DNA of 61,912 nt, filler included. It is 6 parts of 6 records of this genome, joined end to end, with 100 filler letters (N's around TTAATTAATTAA, not from the genome) between each part and the next. Parts side by side here need not be neighbours in the genome. Positions count along the whole stretch, not along the records: positions 29,526 to 41,896 come from SRR31147125_17651; positions 41,997 to 49,686 come from SRR31147125_17661; 4 more parts are not named here. One strand, written 5' to 3'. Positions 32,571 to 42,096 of the stretch are shown here, piece by piece. The notes under the pieces were generated by a model. The model worked only from the letters and a program-made list of their open reading frames with translations, ran no database searches and had not been told where the DNA came from. Both the position numbers and the translations under genes were made by a program. Each line of letters begins with the position of its first letter. Within the stretch, counting starts at the first letter, position 1.

Positions 32571-34287
32571 TTCTTTCCTCCAATGCCTGCTCGGATGATT
32601 GTGGAAGGGTGATGATAAACTCCGTACCTTTGCCTACCCGGCTGGTGACATTGATGGTGCCGCCGAGCCGGTCGATGATCCCGTAGGAAATGGAAAGGCC
32701 GAGGCCGGTTCCTTTTTCCTTTTTGGTGGAGAAAAAGGGATCGAATATGTGTTTGACGAGGTCTTCCGGGATGCCGTGACCGTTGTCGCGAAGGGTGATT
32801 TTGATGCCTCCGTCCGTGATGTTGTCTGTCTGAACAATGACGACGCCGCCATCTTGCACGGCGTCAAAGGCGTTGGTCAACAGGTTGAGAATGACCTGTT
32901 GCACCTGACCTCTGTCGGAGATGATAGTGTGAACCGGGGTCACAAGTTTGAGTCGAATATCAATTTTACGGTAAAGCGCTTCTCTCTCAAGAAACCCCAA
33001 TACCTCCCGGACGACGGCATTGATGTCCATGCTTTCGATCTGAACATCGATTCGTTTGGCAAAACCCAGAAGCCGGTGGGTGATCTTTCGACAGCGATCC
33101 ACGGATTTCAGGGTGGAGTCAATCAATCCGGCGAACTTTTCTTTATGGGAGAAATCCTCTGAAAATTCCATGATATCGCTCATCAATCCCGCTTTTTCGT
33201 TGATGATGGCCAAGGGGTTGTTGATTTCATGGGCCACACCGGCGGCCAGACGACCAATGGAAGAGAGTTTTTGAGTGTGTTGCAGTTCATTCAAGGTGTT
33301 TTCCCGCCGCTCATCTGATGCCTTGAGGCGCTGGATCATCAAGTCCGTGATTCGAATGATGGCAATCACAATGAGCACAAGGCCGATGGCAAACACGGCA
33401 AAGAGCTCGGTTTTCAAGGCATACCACGATTGAAGCACCACGGATCGCGGTTTGACGATCACCAGCGTGTAGGGGGCTGTATTGAATCCCACGGTTGCAA
33501 TCACGACATTCTGACCGGTGTCGTCCCGGGTTTCATAAATGTAAGACTCGAAAGTCTCAGTGGAGATGTCAAGGGGGCACTTTTCCAGGGTCTTGCCGTA
33601 AAACTTGGCGTCGGTTTGAAAGATGCCGTCCGTATCGATGAGAAATGCGTCGCTTTTCGGGTCGAGCCCCATGCTTTGAATCAATCCTTGGAATTGATCC
33701 GTATCGATGGTGGCTCTTAATATCCAGGTGCGACCGTCATCGGCAAGGTGCTGGACCGCCATCACCATGTGGGGGAATTTGCGATGTCCCATAAAGACAT
33801 TGCTGATATATTTTCCTTTGATGCGCACTTCTTGAAAAGAGATCTGTTCCGCATAGTTCTTTCCCAAAAGCGGGTAGGGTCCGGCATAGCTGATGAGAGT
33901 TCCCTCGGCATCGATCAGACCCAGATCGACAAATCCGCCGAATTCCTTTTTCAGGAACATCAGGATTCGTTTCATCTTGTTATTGTCTTTGAGTTCCTCA
34001 TAGGTGTAGGCCGTTGCAATGAATCGGACGGTGGAGAGACGCGCCTCCAGTAAGAGTTCGAATGAGTGTTTGGTTTTGCTTGCCAACGTTAGAATCGGTG
34101 CCGTGATTTCGCTTCTCAGGTGGGATCGGTATTGAAAATGGTTGATGACGATCATCAATCCCATGGGCAGTGTGGTGATGGTGATCATGATAATGATGAT
34201 CAGTCGACGCAGAACGATGTAATGTTCCGGAGACATCTCATCGGGATGGAAAAGCTTGGCGATTAAAGCGAAAAATTTGGTTTTCAT
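32563..34287 (-). CDS. Membrane sensor histidine kinase with Cache-type extracytoplasmic domain
   Basis: 2 TM; GVAHEINNPL, NLLTNA, DNGHGI, FDPFFSTK, GTGLGL. Confidence 0.93.
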   Translation of the reverse strand: MKTKFFALIAKLFHPDEMSPEHYIVLRRLIIIIMITITTLPMGLMIVINHFQYRSHLRSEITAPILTLASKTKHSFELLLEARLSTVRFIATAYTYEELKDNNKMKRILMFLKKEFGGFVDLGLIDAEGTLISYAGPYPLLGKNYAEQISFQEVRIKGKYISNVFMGHRKFPHMVMAVQHLADDGRTWILRATIDTDQFQGLIQSMGLDPKSDAFLIDTDGIFQTDAKFYGKTLEKCPLDISTETFESYIYETRDDTGQNVVIATVGFNTAPYTLVIVKPRSVVLQSWYALKTELFAVFAIGLVLIVIAIIRITDLMIQRLKASDERRENTLNELQHTQKLSSIGRLAAGVAHEINNPLAIINEKAGLMSDIMEFSEDFSHKEKFAGLIDSTLKSVDRCRKITHRLLGFAKRIDVQIESMDINAVVREVLGFLEREALYRKIDIRLKLVTPVHTIISDRGQVQQVILNLLTNAFDAVQDGGVVIVQTDNITDGGIKITLRDNGHGIPEDLVKHIFDPFFSTKKEKGTGLGLSISYGIIDRLGGTINVTSRVGKGTEFIITLPQSSEQALEERNE

Positions 34288-34292
34288 CAGTT

Positions 34293-34679
34293 TCAATGAG
34301 ACGCCTCCATAATGTACGGTTCGACGGGGCACTGTTCAACCATTCGTTTGAAAAGAACAGCCTCTGATGTCAATGTGCCTGAGAGATAGGTCTCAAAAGC
34401 GCGCTGCCATGTTCCGATGACGGAATCGAAAATCGTGATTTTTTTCCATCTGAGAAACTGGTAGAACTCGTCTTCAATGGCACCGCAAATCAGGGTGTGA
34501 ATGTTTTCCTTTATGATGAGGTGGCACAGTTGTTCGGCGGATGCCCCCGGAAGCACAACGGTTCGCTCTTCTTCCACCTCTTTTTCCCTGGAGATTAGAA
34601 AAATAAGAACTTCCGTTGCCAAATCAAATCGGGGAGAGACTTCGTCTCCTGAAATGGGGATCAAGACTTTTTTTATCAT
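34293..34679 (-). CDS. NifB/NifX (MTH1175 / Orange-protein-like) family protein
   Basis: K..IP..G..VSPRFD.A, LICGAI, terminal Y..G.L. Confidence 0.75.
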   Translation of the reverse strand: MIKKVLIPISGDEVSPRFDLATEVLIFLISREKEVEEERTVVLPGASAEQLCHLIIKENIHTLICGAIEDEFYQFLRWKKITIFDSVIGTWQRAFETYLSGTLTSEAVLFKRMVEQCPVEPYIMEASH

Positions 34680-34829
34680 GGCGGTGCGGCTATGGGTGTC
34701 TCAATTCATTGATAAAAATAAAATTCATTTAATTCATGATGTTATGCCGTCAACATACCGTCAAACCCATGCGGTGTCAATGATGATGTTTCATTAGTTT
34801 GAATATTTGTTTTGAAAAGTTTCAAAATG

Positions 34830-36492
34830 TTATTCAATCCCATGCTGCTTCATTTTTCTCCACAAGGTCGTGCGTCCCCACCCGAGAAGTTTTGCGGCAA
34901 CTTGTTTTTTCCCTTTTGCTTTTAGTAGTGCATCGAGAATCATTTCCCGTTCTGCCGCGGCCCAAGTCATTTCTCTTCGGGATGTCGGGGGCGTCTGGGG
35001 GGGAATGGTGCAGAAGGGTCAGAAGTCGACGACAAAGACTGTGGCGGTGATGGAGACGGGGGAACCGCTGTACCGGGAGTGGGGGAATCGGTGGCATACG
35101 TCGGCTGATCGTGACCGGTCATCCCTGCATGATGCGCCTGTTGTTGCGTGGAAGCAAATTGTGGAGAGCAAAATTGCGGGGTTTCTAAATGGGTGAGGGG
35201 GAATCTAGCTGGTGCGTTGTCGGATCGGAAGGCGCAGCAGCAACGGGCAGAGGTGATGCGGTACCATTTGTTTGTTCTACTCCGGGCGTGGACCCGTCAA
35301 ATAAATACGCGGGTAGATGATCCGGTTCGATAACACTCTCCCCGGCCATGTTGACGGCATACTCCACAATGTTTCTCAGTTCTCGAATGTTGCCGGTATA
35401 GGGATATTTAGTCAAAATGGTCAACGCACTCGGCGAGATGCGCCGGGTCGATCTTCTCTGGGTGGAAAAGGTGTTGAGAAAGTGATCCAGCAGCAGACGG
35501 ATGTCCCCGTCCCGTTCCCGAAGCGGGGGGAGATGAATTCTGGCCACGTTCAATCGATAGAAAAGATCCTGACGAAACTTGCCTTCTTTCACCATGATTT
35601 CAAGATTTCTATGGGTAGCGGCGATCATCCGGACATCCGCATTGAATCCTTTGGTGCTGCCAAGGGGGTAGATCACCTTGTCATCTAGGAAAGTCAACAG
35701 CTTCACCTGAAGGGGCAGGGGCAGATCTCCGATCTCGGTCAAAAAGATGGTGCCGTTGTGCGCCAGTTGGAATCGTCCCGGTTTGTTTTCCACGGCGCCG
35801 GTAAACGCCCCTTTTGTATGACCGAAAATCTCCGACTCCAGCAGGGTTTCCGGAAGGGCACCGCAGTTGATTTTGATGAACGGCCCTGACGCGCGGGTGG
35901 AGGTTTGATGGATCGCTTCGGCCACCAGATCCTTTCCCGTACCGGTCTCGCCGGTAATTAAGATGGAGGTGTCGCTTTGGGAAAGGATGGGGATGGTCTG
36001 AAAGATTTTTTCCATCTGCGGACTTCGGCCCACGATATCGGAGAAGCTGAAAGGCGCGCCGCTTTGGGGAAGGCTCTGTTTGATGGATTCGACATCCTCC
36101 AAAGTCTCCATGTACCCGGTGTGGGTACCGTCGGAAGAGAAAATGGGAGCCAGGGTCATCCGGACGGAAAAGCGTCTCCGGTCCCGATTGATGATATCGC
36201 TTTCAAATGCGATGGGCTTTTGGTTTTTCAGGATGGAAGCAGCGGGGCAGCGGCCCATACATTTCTTGCTTCGGGTGATGTGACGACAGGGAACGCCGAT
36301 GGCATCGGATGCGGAAAAACCGGTCAACGCTTCAAATGCGCGGTTGACACGGACAATCCTGAAATCAAGATCGGTAATGGCAACGCCATTGGGGATTTCA
36401 TCAAGGATTCCGCAAAAATTGACGGGAGAACGAAATAACCCTTGAACGGACGGGATAATGGACTGATTTATGGGATGTGTGCTCGATTGCAT
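34830..36492 (-). CDS. Sigma-54 enhancer-binding protein PAS-AAA+-HTH (OrpR-like); frameshifts at G5 35197-35201 and G7 34997-35003
   Basis: PAS with CX8CX3C; GETGTGKD, ESEIFGH.KGAFTGA, FRQDLFYRL, GNIREL.N. A Fis-type HTH (EREMILDAL...AAKLLGWGRTTLWRKMK) is recovered by adding one base at each run. Confidence 0.9.
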
Positions 36493-36826
36493 GATAGCGG
36501 CATGGTAAATGGAATTGAAAAAGGTGTCAAATGAAAATGGGAGCGGGGGGAATTTTTAGATATGTTTACATGGTTGTTCCATGGATGGAACGAAAAAGAA
36601 CAGAAATGCGACCAAGTGGCTGTTTTTTTTATTGTAATTCTCTACTTATTTCCATGGGGGGATCGTCGGAACTTCTCATTGACAAACCGTCGAAGCTCAT
36701 ATATTTATCGATACTTGTATCATGTGAACTATTGAATATAAGTGGGTGCTTGACCACATGAAGTAATAAATCAAGTGAGTTGTAAGTTATTGGTTGGTAA
36801 AAATTATTAATAAAAAGGAGAACTTA

Positions 36827-38985
36827 ATGTTGACAAAAATTTTTCCGTTTCTGCTCTGGTTCCAAGATTACAATGGAGAGAAGTTCAGAGCGGATCTGAT
36901 TGCCGGCATCACGGTTGCCATGGTGCTGATTCCTCAGTCCATGGCCTATGCTCAATTGGCAGGGCTTCCTGCCTATTACGGGCTTTATGCTGCCTTTCTA
37001 CCCCCCATGATCGCATCGCTGTTCGGTTCCAGTCGTCAGCTTGCCACCGGGCCGGTGGCGGTGGTGTCGTTGATGTCGGCGGCCTCTTTGGAGCCCCTGG
37101 CAACGGCAGGCGGGCCGGAGTTCATTGCCTACTCCATCATTTTGGCATTTACCGTGGGAACCTTCCAGCTTTTTTTGGGTATTTTCAGATTGGGTCTGGT
37201 GGTGAACCTGCTCTCCCATCCCGTTGTCAACGGGTTTACCAATGCGGCGGCCATCGTCATCGCATCGTCCCAGTTCTCCAAGCTGTTCGGTGTGTATGTG
37301 GACAAAGCGCCGCACCATTATCAGACCATTGTTAATGTGTGTAAATCCGCCATCCATTATACCCACTTTCCCACACTCGGCATGGGCATTCTCTCCATTG
37401 CCATCATGGTGGGACTGAAACGATACAACCCCAAAATTCCCAACGTGTTGGTGGCGGTTGCCCTGACTACGATTCTATCCTGGGCAACGGGATTCAATAA
37501 CGATCGATATGTTCCCATAGAGAACATCAAAAATCCCAAAGTCGTTGAGACCATTCATGAATTTAATAAGGATGTTGCCCTCATCGAAGAATTGGGTACG
37601 GATAGGGCAATGTTGAATAACGAGTTGAAAGCGGCGCAACAGGCCTCAAAACATGCGGCGCATCACTTCCCCTCGGACAAGGAGATCGAGCTGAAACATC
37701 AGCTGGTCATCCTCAATTCCAAGATTGATCGCGCCAAAGCATCCGCCCATGAGAAACGGGAGTTGCTGCGTCTGATTCATTTCTCCACAGCCAAAGATCC
37801 GGGAGAGACACCGGAGTTTCATGTGGGGTCCATATTGCCAAGCGGTGAAGAGACCGATGGTAACAAGTGGCGTATCAAAATATCCAATAAAGAGGTCAAG
37901 ACCGATCGAATCAAAATGATCGGTGGCGGTGCCATTGTTGCCGACATCCCCAAGGGGCTGGTTTTCAGCATCCCCAAAGCACCGGCAAACACCTCTTATC
38001 TCTCTGTTTTTTTCAATTGCTTCCATTTGCTATTATCATATCTCTTTTGGGGTTCATGGAGGCTATTGCCATTGCGAAATCCATGGCCGCCAAGACCGGG
38101 CAGAAGCTTGACCCAAGTCAGGAGTTGATTGGACAGGGGCTTGCCAACATGATCGGTTCCTTTGGTCAGAGTTATGCGGTTTCCGGTTCTTTTTCACGTT
38201 CCGCAGTCAACCTTCAAGCCAATGCCGTGAGCGGGGTGTCCTCAGTCATCACCAGTGTCGTGGTGGCATTGACCTTGCTGTTCTTTACTCCGCTTCTCTA
38301 TCATCTCCCCCAGGCGGTTCTGGCATCGGTCATCATGATGGCGGTTATCGGACTGATCAATGCGTCCGGTTTTATCCATGCCTGGAAAGCGAAACGTTCC
38401 GATGGGATCATCTCGGTGATCTCTTTTGTCTGCACCCTATATTTTGCACCGCATCTTGAGGAAGGTATCATGGTGGGTGTCGGGCTCACCTTTTTGCTTT
38501 TTATCTACAAAAACCTTCGTCCAAGAGTAGCGCTTCTTTCAAAAAGCGAAGACAATACACTGAAAAGCGCCATCAAATGCGGTCTCAAAGAGTGTGATCA
38601 CATTGCCGTGGTCCGATTTGACGGCTCTTTGATCTTCACCAATGCCACCTATCTGGAAGACAAGGTACTTGAATACATTACTGAAAAACCGGAGCTGATG
38701 CATGTGCTTATCGAGTGCAGTGGTATCAACGATATCGATGCTTCAGGCGAGGATGCCCTTTCCATTCTCATCGATACGGTACGCGGCAGTGATCGCGAGA
38801 TCTCATTCTGCGGCGTCAAAGAGGTGGTGAACGATGTCATGGATCGTACCCATCTTCTTGAAAAGATCGGTATGGAAAATATTTATCCCGATGCCGGCAC
38901 TGCCCTCAACACCATTCATCAGCGAATCCATGATCAGGGCGACTGTGTACACTGTCCTTTGAAAGAGTGTGTCTATCTGCCCTGA
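36827..38985 (+). CDS. sulP: SulP/SLC26 anion (sulfate) permease with STAS domain; frameshift at T7 38007-38013
   Basis: D.IAG.TVA.VLIPQSMAYA, GSSRQLATGP, QELIGQG.AN, GSFSRSAVN, STAS RFDG.L.F.N and IDASG; AAGGAG RBS. Confidence 0.93.
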
Positions 38986-39029
38986 AAAGAAAATAATTAA
39001 AAATTGACCGGTTTTTGAATTAAAACCAG

Positions 39030-39068
39030 AAAGCGCAGATTGGTATCGAGCAATCTGCGCTTTTTTTT
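39030..39068 (+). terminator. Rho-independent terminator
   Basis: AAAGCGCAGATTG-loop-CAATCTGCGC-T8. Confidence 0.85.
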
Positions 39069-39178
39069 GTGAGATGGATTTTGTTGTTGTGGATCAAGTA
39101 CATCGTGTCAACTGGTTGTTTCAGATTGATAAAATCGAAGAAAATTCGATGGGTAATGGCTTTTTATTCATTTGTTTT

Positions 39179-40144
39179 TCATTGACTGACCACTTGTCCT
39201 CTGCCATTTTGTTTTGCCTGATAAACCCGTTTGTCGGCGATCTCAATCAATGCCTCAGAGGTGGTTCCATCAGCCGGAAAATAGGACATCCCCGCACTGA
39301 AACCGATGGATATCGGCGGATCACCAGGGATGGGGGACGCCATCTTGGTCATCAAGTGTCTCACCAATGTCGGTCCACGTCTGTTATCAATGCCTTGAAG
39401 GATCAGTACGAACTCATCTCCGCCGTAACGAAACAGCAGGTCCGTGGTCCTCAGGGTGGCCATGATCCGCTTTGAAAACTCAATCAGCACCTCATCTCCC
39501 CGAAGATGGCCATACATGTCGTTGACCTTCTTGAAATGGTCGATATCCAAAAAAACCAATGAAAATAGATAGTCGTATCGCTGAGCCCGATGGATCTCGT
39601 CCAACAATCGCATATCAAACGCCTGGCGGGACAATGCACCGGTTAAATGATCGTACAGGCCGTCGCTGTATTCAGCCGGCTTTACTTCACGTAATCGGGT
39701 GCTGAGCAAGCGCAGCAACTCAATCCCGAAACCGGGAATGAGGGATAGCAGATCTTGGAATCTATCTTTACTTAAATGTTTCAACTTGGTTTCGGTAATG
39801 GCGATCACCGATGCCGTTCGTTCAATGTTTTCAAGAAGTGCGATTTCACCCACCACATGGTGGGGTTTTCGGAAAGTGAGAACCCTTGGGCAATCCAATG
39901 AGTCTTGGAGCACCACCATCACCCCGGACTCTATCAAATAGAGACCATCGGCCAAGTCATTTTGCATGAACAGAATCTCACCGGGCTGCAGGGTACAGTC
40001 ACTGCCATATGCATCGAGGAAGTCCTGCAGGTTTTCGTTTACAATGCTTTCATTCTCCAGTGACGTGGAGCGATCCGGAAAATGGCGGTAAGTGGATTGT
40101 AACTTTTCCAGTAGAGCGTTTGAAATACGTTGTTTTTCATTCAT
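39179..40144 (-). CDS. Cyclic-nucleotide-binding domain + GGDEF diguanylate cyclase
   Basis: GEILF.Q.D, GEIALL....RTAS; DIDHFK.VND.YGH..GD, RTTD I-site, RYGGDEF. Confidence 0.92.
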   Translation of the reverse strand: MNEKQRISNALLEKLQSTYRHFPDRSTSLENESIVNENLQDFLDAYGSDCTLQPGEILFMQNDLADGLYLIESGVMVVLQDSLDCPRVLTFRKPHHVVGEIALLENIERTASVIAITETKLKHLSKDRFQDLLSLIPGFGIELLRLLSTRLREVKPAEYSDGLYDHLTGALSRQAFDMRLLDEIHRAQRYDYLFSLVFLDIDHFKKVNDMYGHLRGDEVLIEFSKRIMATLRTTDLLFRYGGDEFVLILQGIDNRRGPTLVRHLMTKMASPIPGDPPISIGFSAGMSYFPADGTTSEALIEIADKRVYQAKQNGRGQVVSQ

Positions 40145-40382
40145 AGGATATTGATCTCACATTTGTTCGGCAGCATTTTTGCATCAATTGGGTAAGCAGG
40201 TTGCCATTGATTCCGGCGCTTATGGTTGGTCCGATTTCCTTTGCACTTCAAATTTCATTTTTCACAGGGTCTTATAATGCGTTCCAGCTGAATGTTACAA
40301 CACTTTCTATCATCGAGAGTCAATTTTTTTTGAAATTGTTCCAAGAGATTGTTCCGTTGTTGAGCGGGTCGGTTGATATATA

Positions 40383-41495
40383 TTAAGTTCGTCGTTTCAT
40401 TTTGTTTATGGCTTTAATTTTCAGCGAAACTTCTTTCCATCGTTCCTTTTCAATACGATCCGCACTTTTGTGTTGACGGTCCGATAAATAGGACAGTTCC
40501 CGCTGCATTTTTCGAAAGCTCTCCAATCGTTCTTGGCTGAGTTCACCTTTCTTGACGGCTTGCATTACCGCACACCCCGGTTCATCCCCATGGTTACAAT
40601 CGGAGAACCGGCATTGATCGGCCATCGCTTCGATTTCCGGGAAGGTCGTGCCCACGCCGTCGTCATCGTTCCAAAAAGCGATCTCCCGAATTCCCGGATT
40701 GTCAATCACCATACCGCCACAGGGCAGCTGGATCAAATCCCTGGAGGTGGTGGTGTGCCGTCCTTTGCTCACCGATTCACTGACCGTCGCGGTGGGCTGG
40801 ATCTGCTCACCAAAGAGCCGGTTGGCCAATGTGGACTTGCCCGCACCGGATGAACCGATCAAGGCAATGGTTTTTCCTGGGGAGAGATACGGCAACAGCC
40901 CATTGATCCCTGTATGGTCGTGGGAGGAAACCAAGTGAACGGGAACACCGAATGCCACCGATTCCACATCTGCGGCATAGATCTCGGGATCCGGATGAAG
41001 ATCGGCTTTTGTCAGCACGATAACGGGCGTGAGACCGCAATTGTATATCAGTGTTAAATATCGCTCGATACGGCGAAGATTGAAATCCCGATCCAGCCCG
41101 CAAACAATGAACACGGCATCCAGGTTGGCAGCAATCTCTTGCGCTTTTGTCGGTGCGGTGTCTATTTTGCCTCGACTGCCGGCCGCCCCTCTGGAAAGTA
41201 CATTCTTTCGGGGGAAAACGTGATGAATGAGGGTGTCTCTCACAAGAACCCAATCTCCAGCCACTGGAAATATACCGCTATTTTCATGCATAAGTCTACC
41301 GGCAAGGGAGACCAATCGTTCCGAGTTACCGTCAGCGATTCGAAAGCTGTTTTTTCTCACGCCAATGACTCTGGCAGGAATTTCAAACGCGTTGTCTTCT
41401 TCATGAGAAGCGTGTTTAGAAGTTAATTTTTCCAATTGTGACTGATAGTAGGAATTCCAACCCAATCTTAAAAGAACTTGATTTGTAATAAGCAT
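40383..41495 (-). CDS. rsgA: Ribosome small subunit-dependent GTPase A
   Basis: P..GDWV, RIERYL, TKAD, GSSGAGKSTL, GRHTT, D.PG.RE, Zn site CRFSDC.H..EPGC; GGAG RBS before ATG 41495. Confidence 0.93.
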   Translation of the reverse strand: MLITNQVLLRLGWNSYYQSQLEKLTSKHASHEEDNAFEIPARVIGVRKNSFRIADGNSERLVSLAGRLMHENSGIFPVAGDWVLVRDTLIHHVFPRKNVLSRGAAGSRGKIDTAPTKAQEIAANLDAVFIVCGLDRDFNLRRIERYLTLIYNCGLTPVIVLTKADLHPDPEIYAADVESVAFGVPVHLVSSHDHTGINGLLPYLSPGKTIALIGSSGAGKSTLANRLFGEQIQPTATVSESVSKGRHTTTSRDLIQLPCGGMVIDNPGIREIAFWNDDDGVGTTFPEIEAMADQCRFSDCNHGDEPGCAVMQAVKKGELSQERLESFRKMQRELSYLSDRQHKSADRIEKERWKEVSLKIKAINKMKRRT

Positions 41496-41780
41496 TGTCT
41501 GTCTCCGTATTGATCGTTGATTTGATTGACTTTGGCAGCGTTCTTTCAAGGGCAATCAAACCTCGTTGAGAGCAAGTTGCCCATGCGCATTTAATTGAAT
41601 TGATCTTGGTGCATTGATTTACCAAAAATAAGATTAAATGACTGATTGCTGTAATGTACATCGGGGATATTAAAAAACGCGTTGCAGACGGAGAAGGCAG
41701 CTATAGCGACGGGATTGGTTCGATTGAGTATCGACCCGGAAGGAACTTAAAATTGAAGGGTGATTACTTGAAAAGTCGGG

Positions 41781-41852
41781 TTAATCGGCCGTCTGGAGAC
41801 GCTCTTTCATATCTGCAACGGCGGGCACAATTTCCATCATTTTCCTTAACAT
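41781..41852 (-). CDS. Candidate 23-aa leader peptide MLRKMMEIVPAVADMKERLQTAD
   Basis: GGAGG RBS 4 nt before ATG; lies in the leader of rsgA; coding region is complementary to a downstream segment. Confidence 0.5.
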   Translation of the reverse strand: MLRKMMEIVPAVADMKERLQTAD

Positions 41853-41896
41853 AAAACCTCCATTTCATTATAACGGCCATGTCAGGCCACCTGACA

Positions 41897-41996
41897 NNNN
41901 NNNNNNNNNNNNNNNNNNNNNNNNNNNNNNNNNNNNNNNNTTAATTAATTAANNNNNNNNNNNNNNNNNNNNNNNNNNNNNNNNNNNNNNNNNNNN
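41897..41996. other. Artificial contig spacer
   Basis: N44-TTAATTAATTAA-N44. Confidence 0.99.
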
Positions 41997-42096
41997 TTAA
42001 AGTTTGTATATTCGTGTACTTGGATTAAAGGCAAACCATGTCTGTATTTCAAAAAGCAATAATTTTAGATAAAGAATAAATATAGATAATACCAAT

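Noticed and set aside
32599-34053. Several 70-190-aa plus-strand ORFs opposite the sensor kinase
   Set aside because: Antisense shadows in GC-richer DNA with no domain signatures
34834-35097. 87-aa minus-strand ORF as a separate gene
   Set aside because: It is an off-frame reading of the linker and HTH of the frameshifted sigma-54 activator
39074-39475. 133-aa plus-strand ORF
   Set aside because: It lies after the sulP terminator and antisense to the GGDEF gene
41416-41854. ORFs 41416-41661 (-) and 41654-41854 (+)
   Set aside because: No convincing RBS or motifs; they overlap the rsgA start and its leader region
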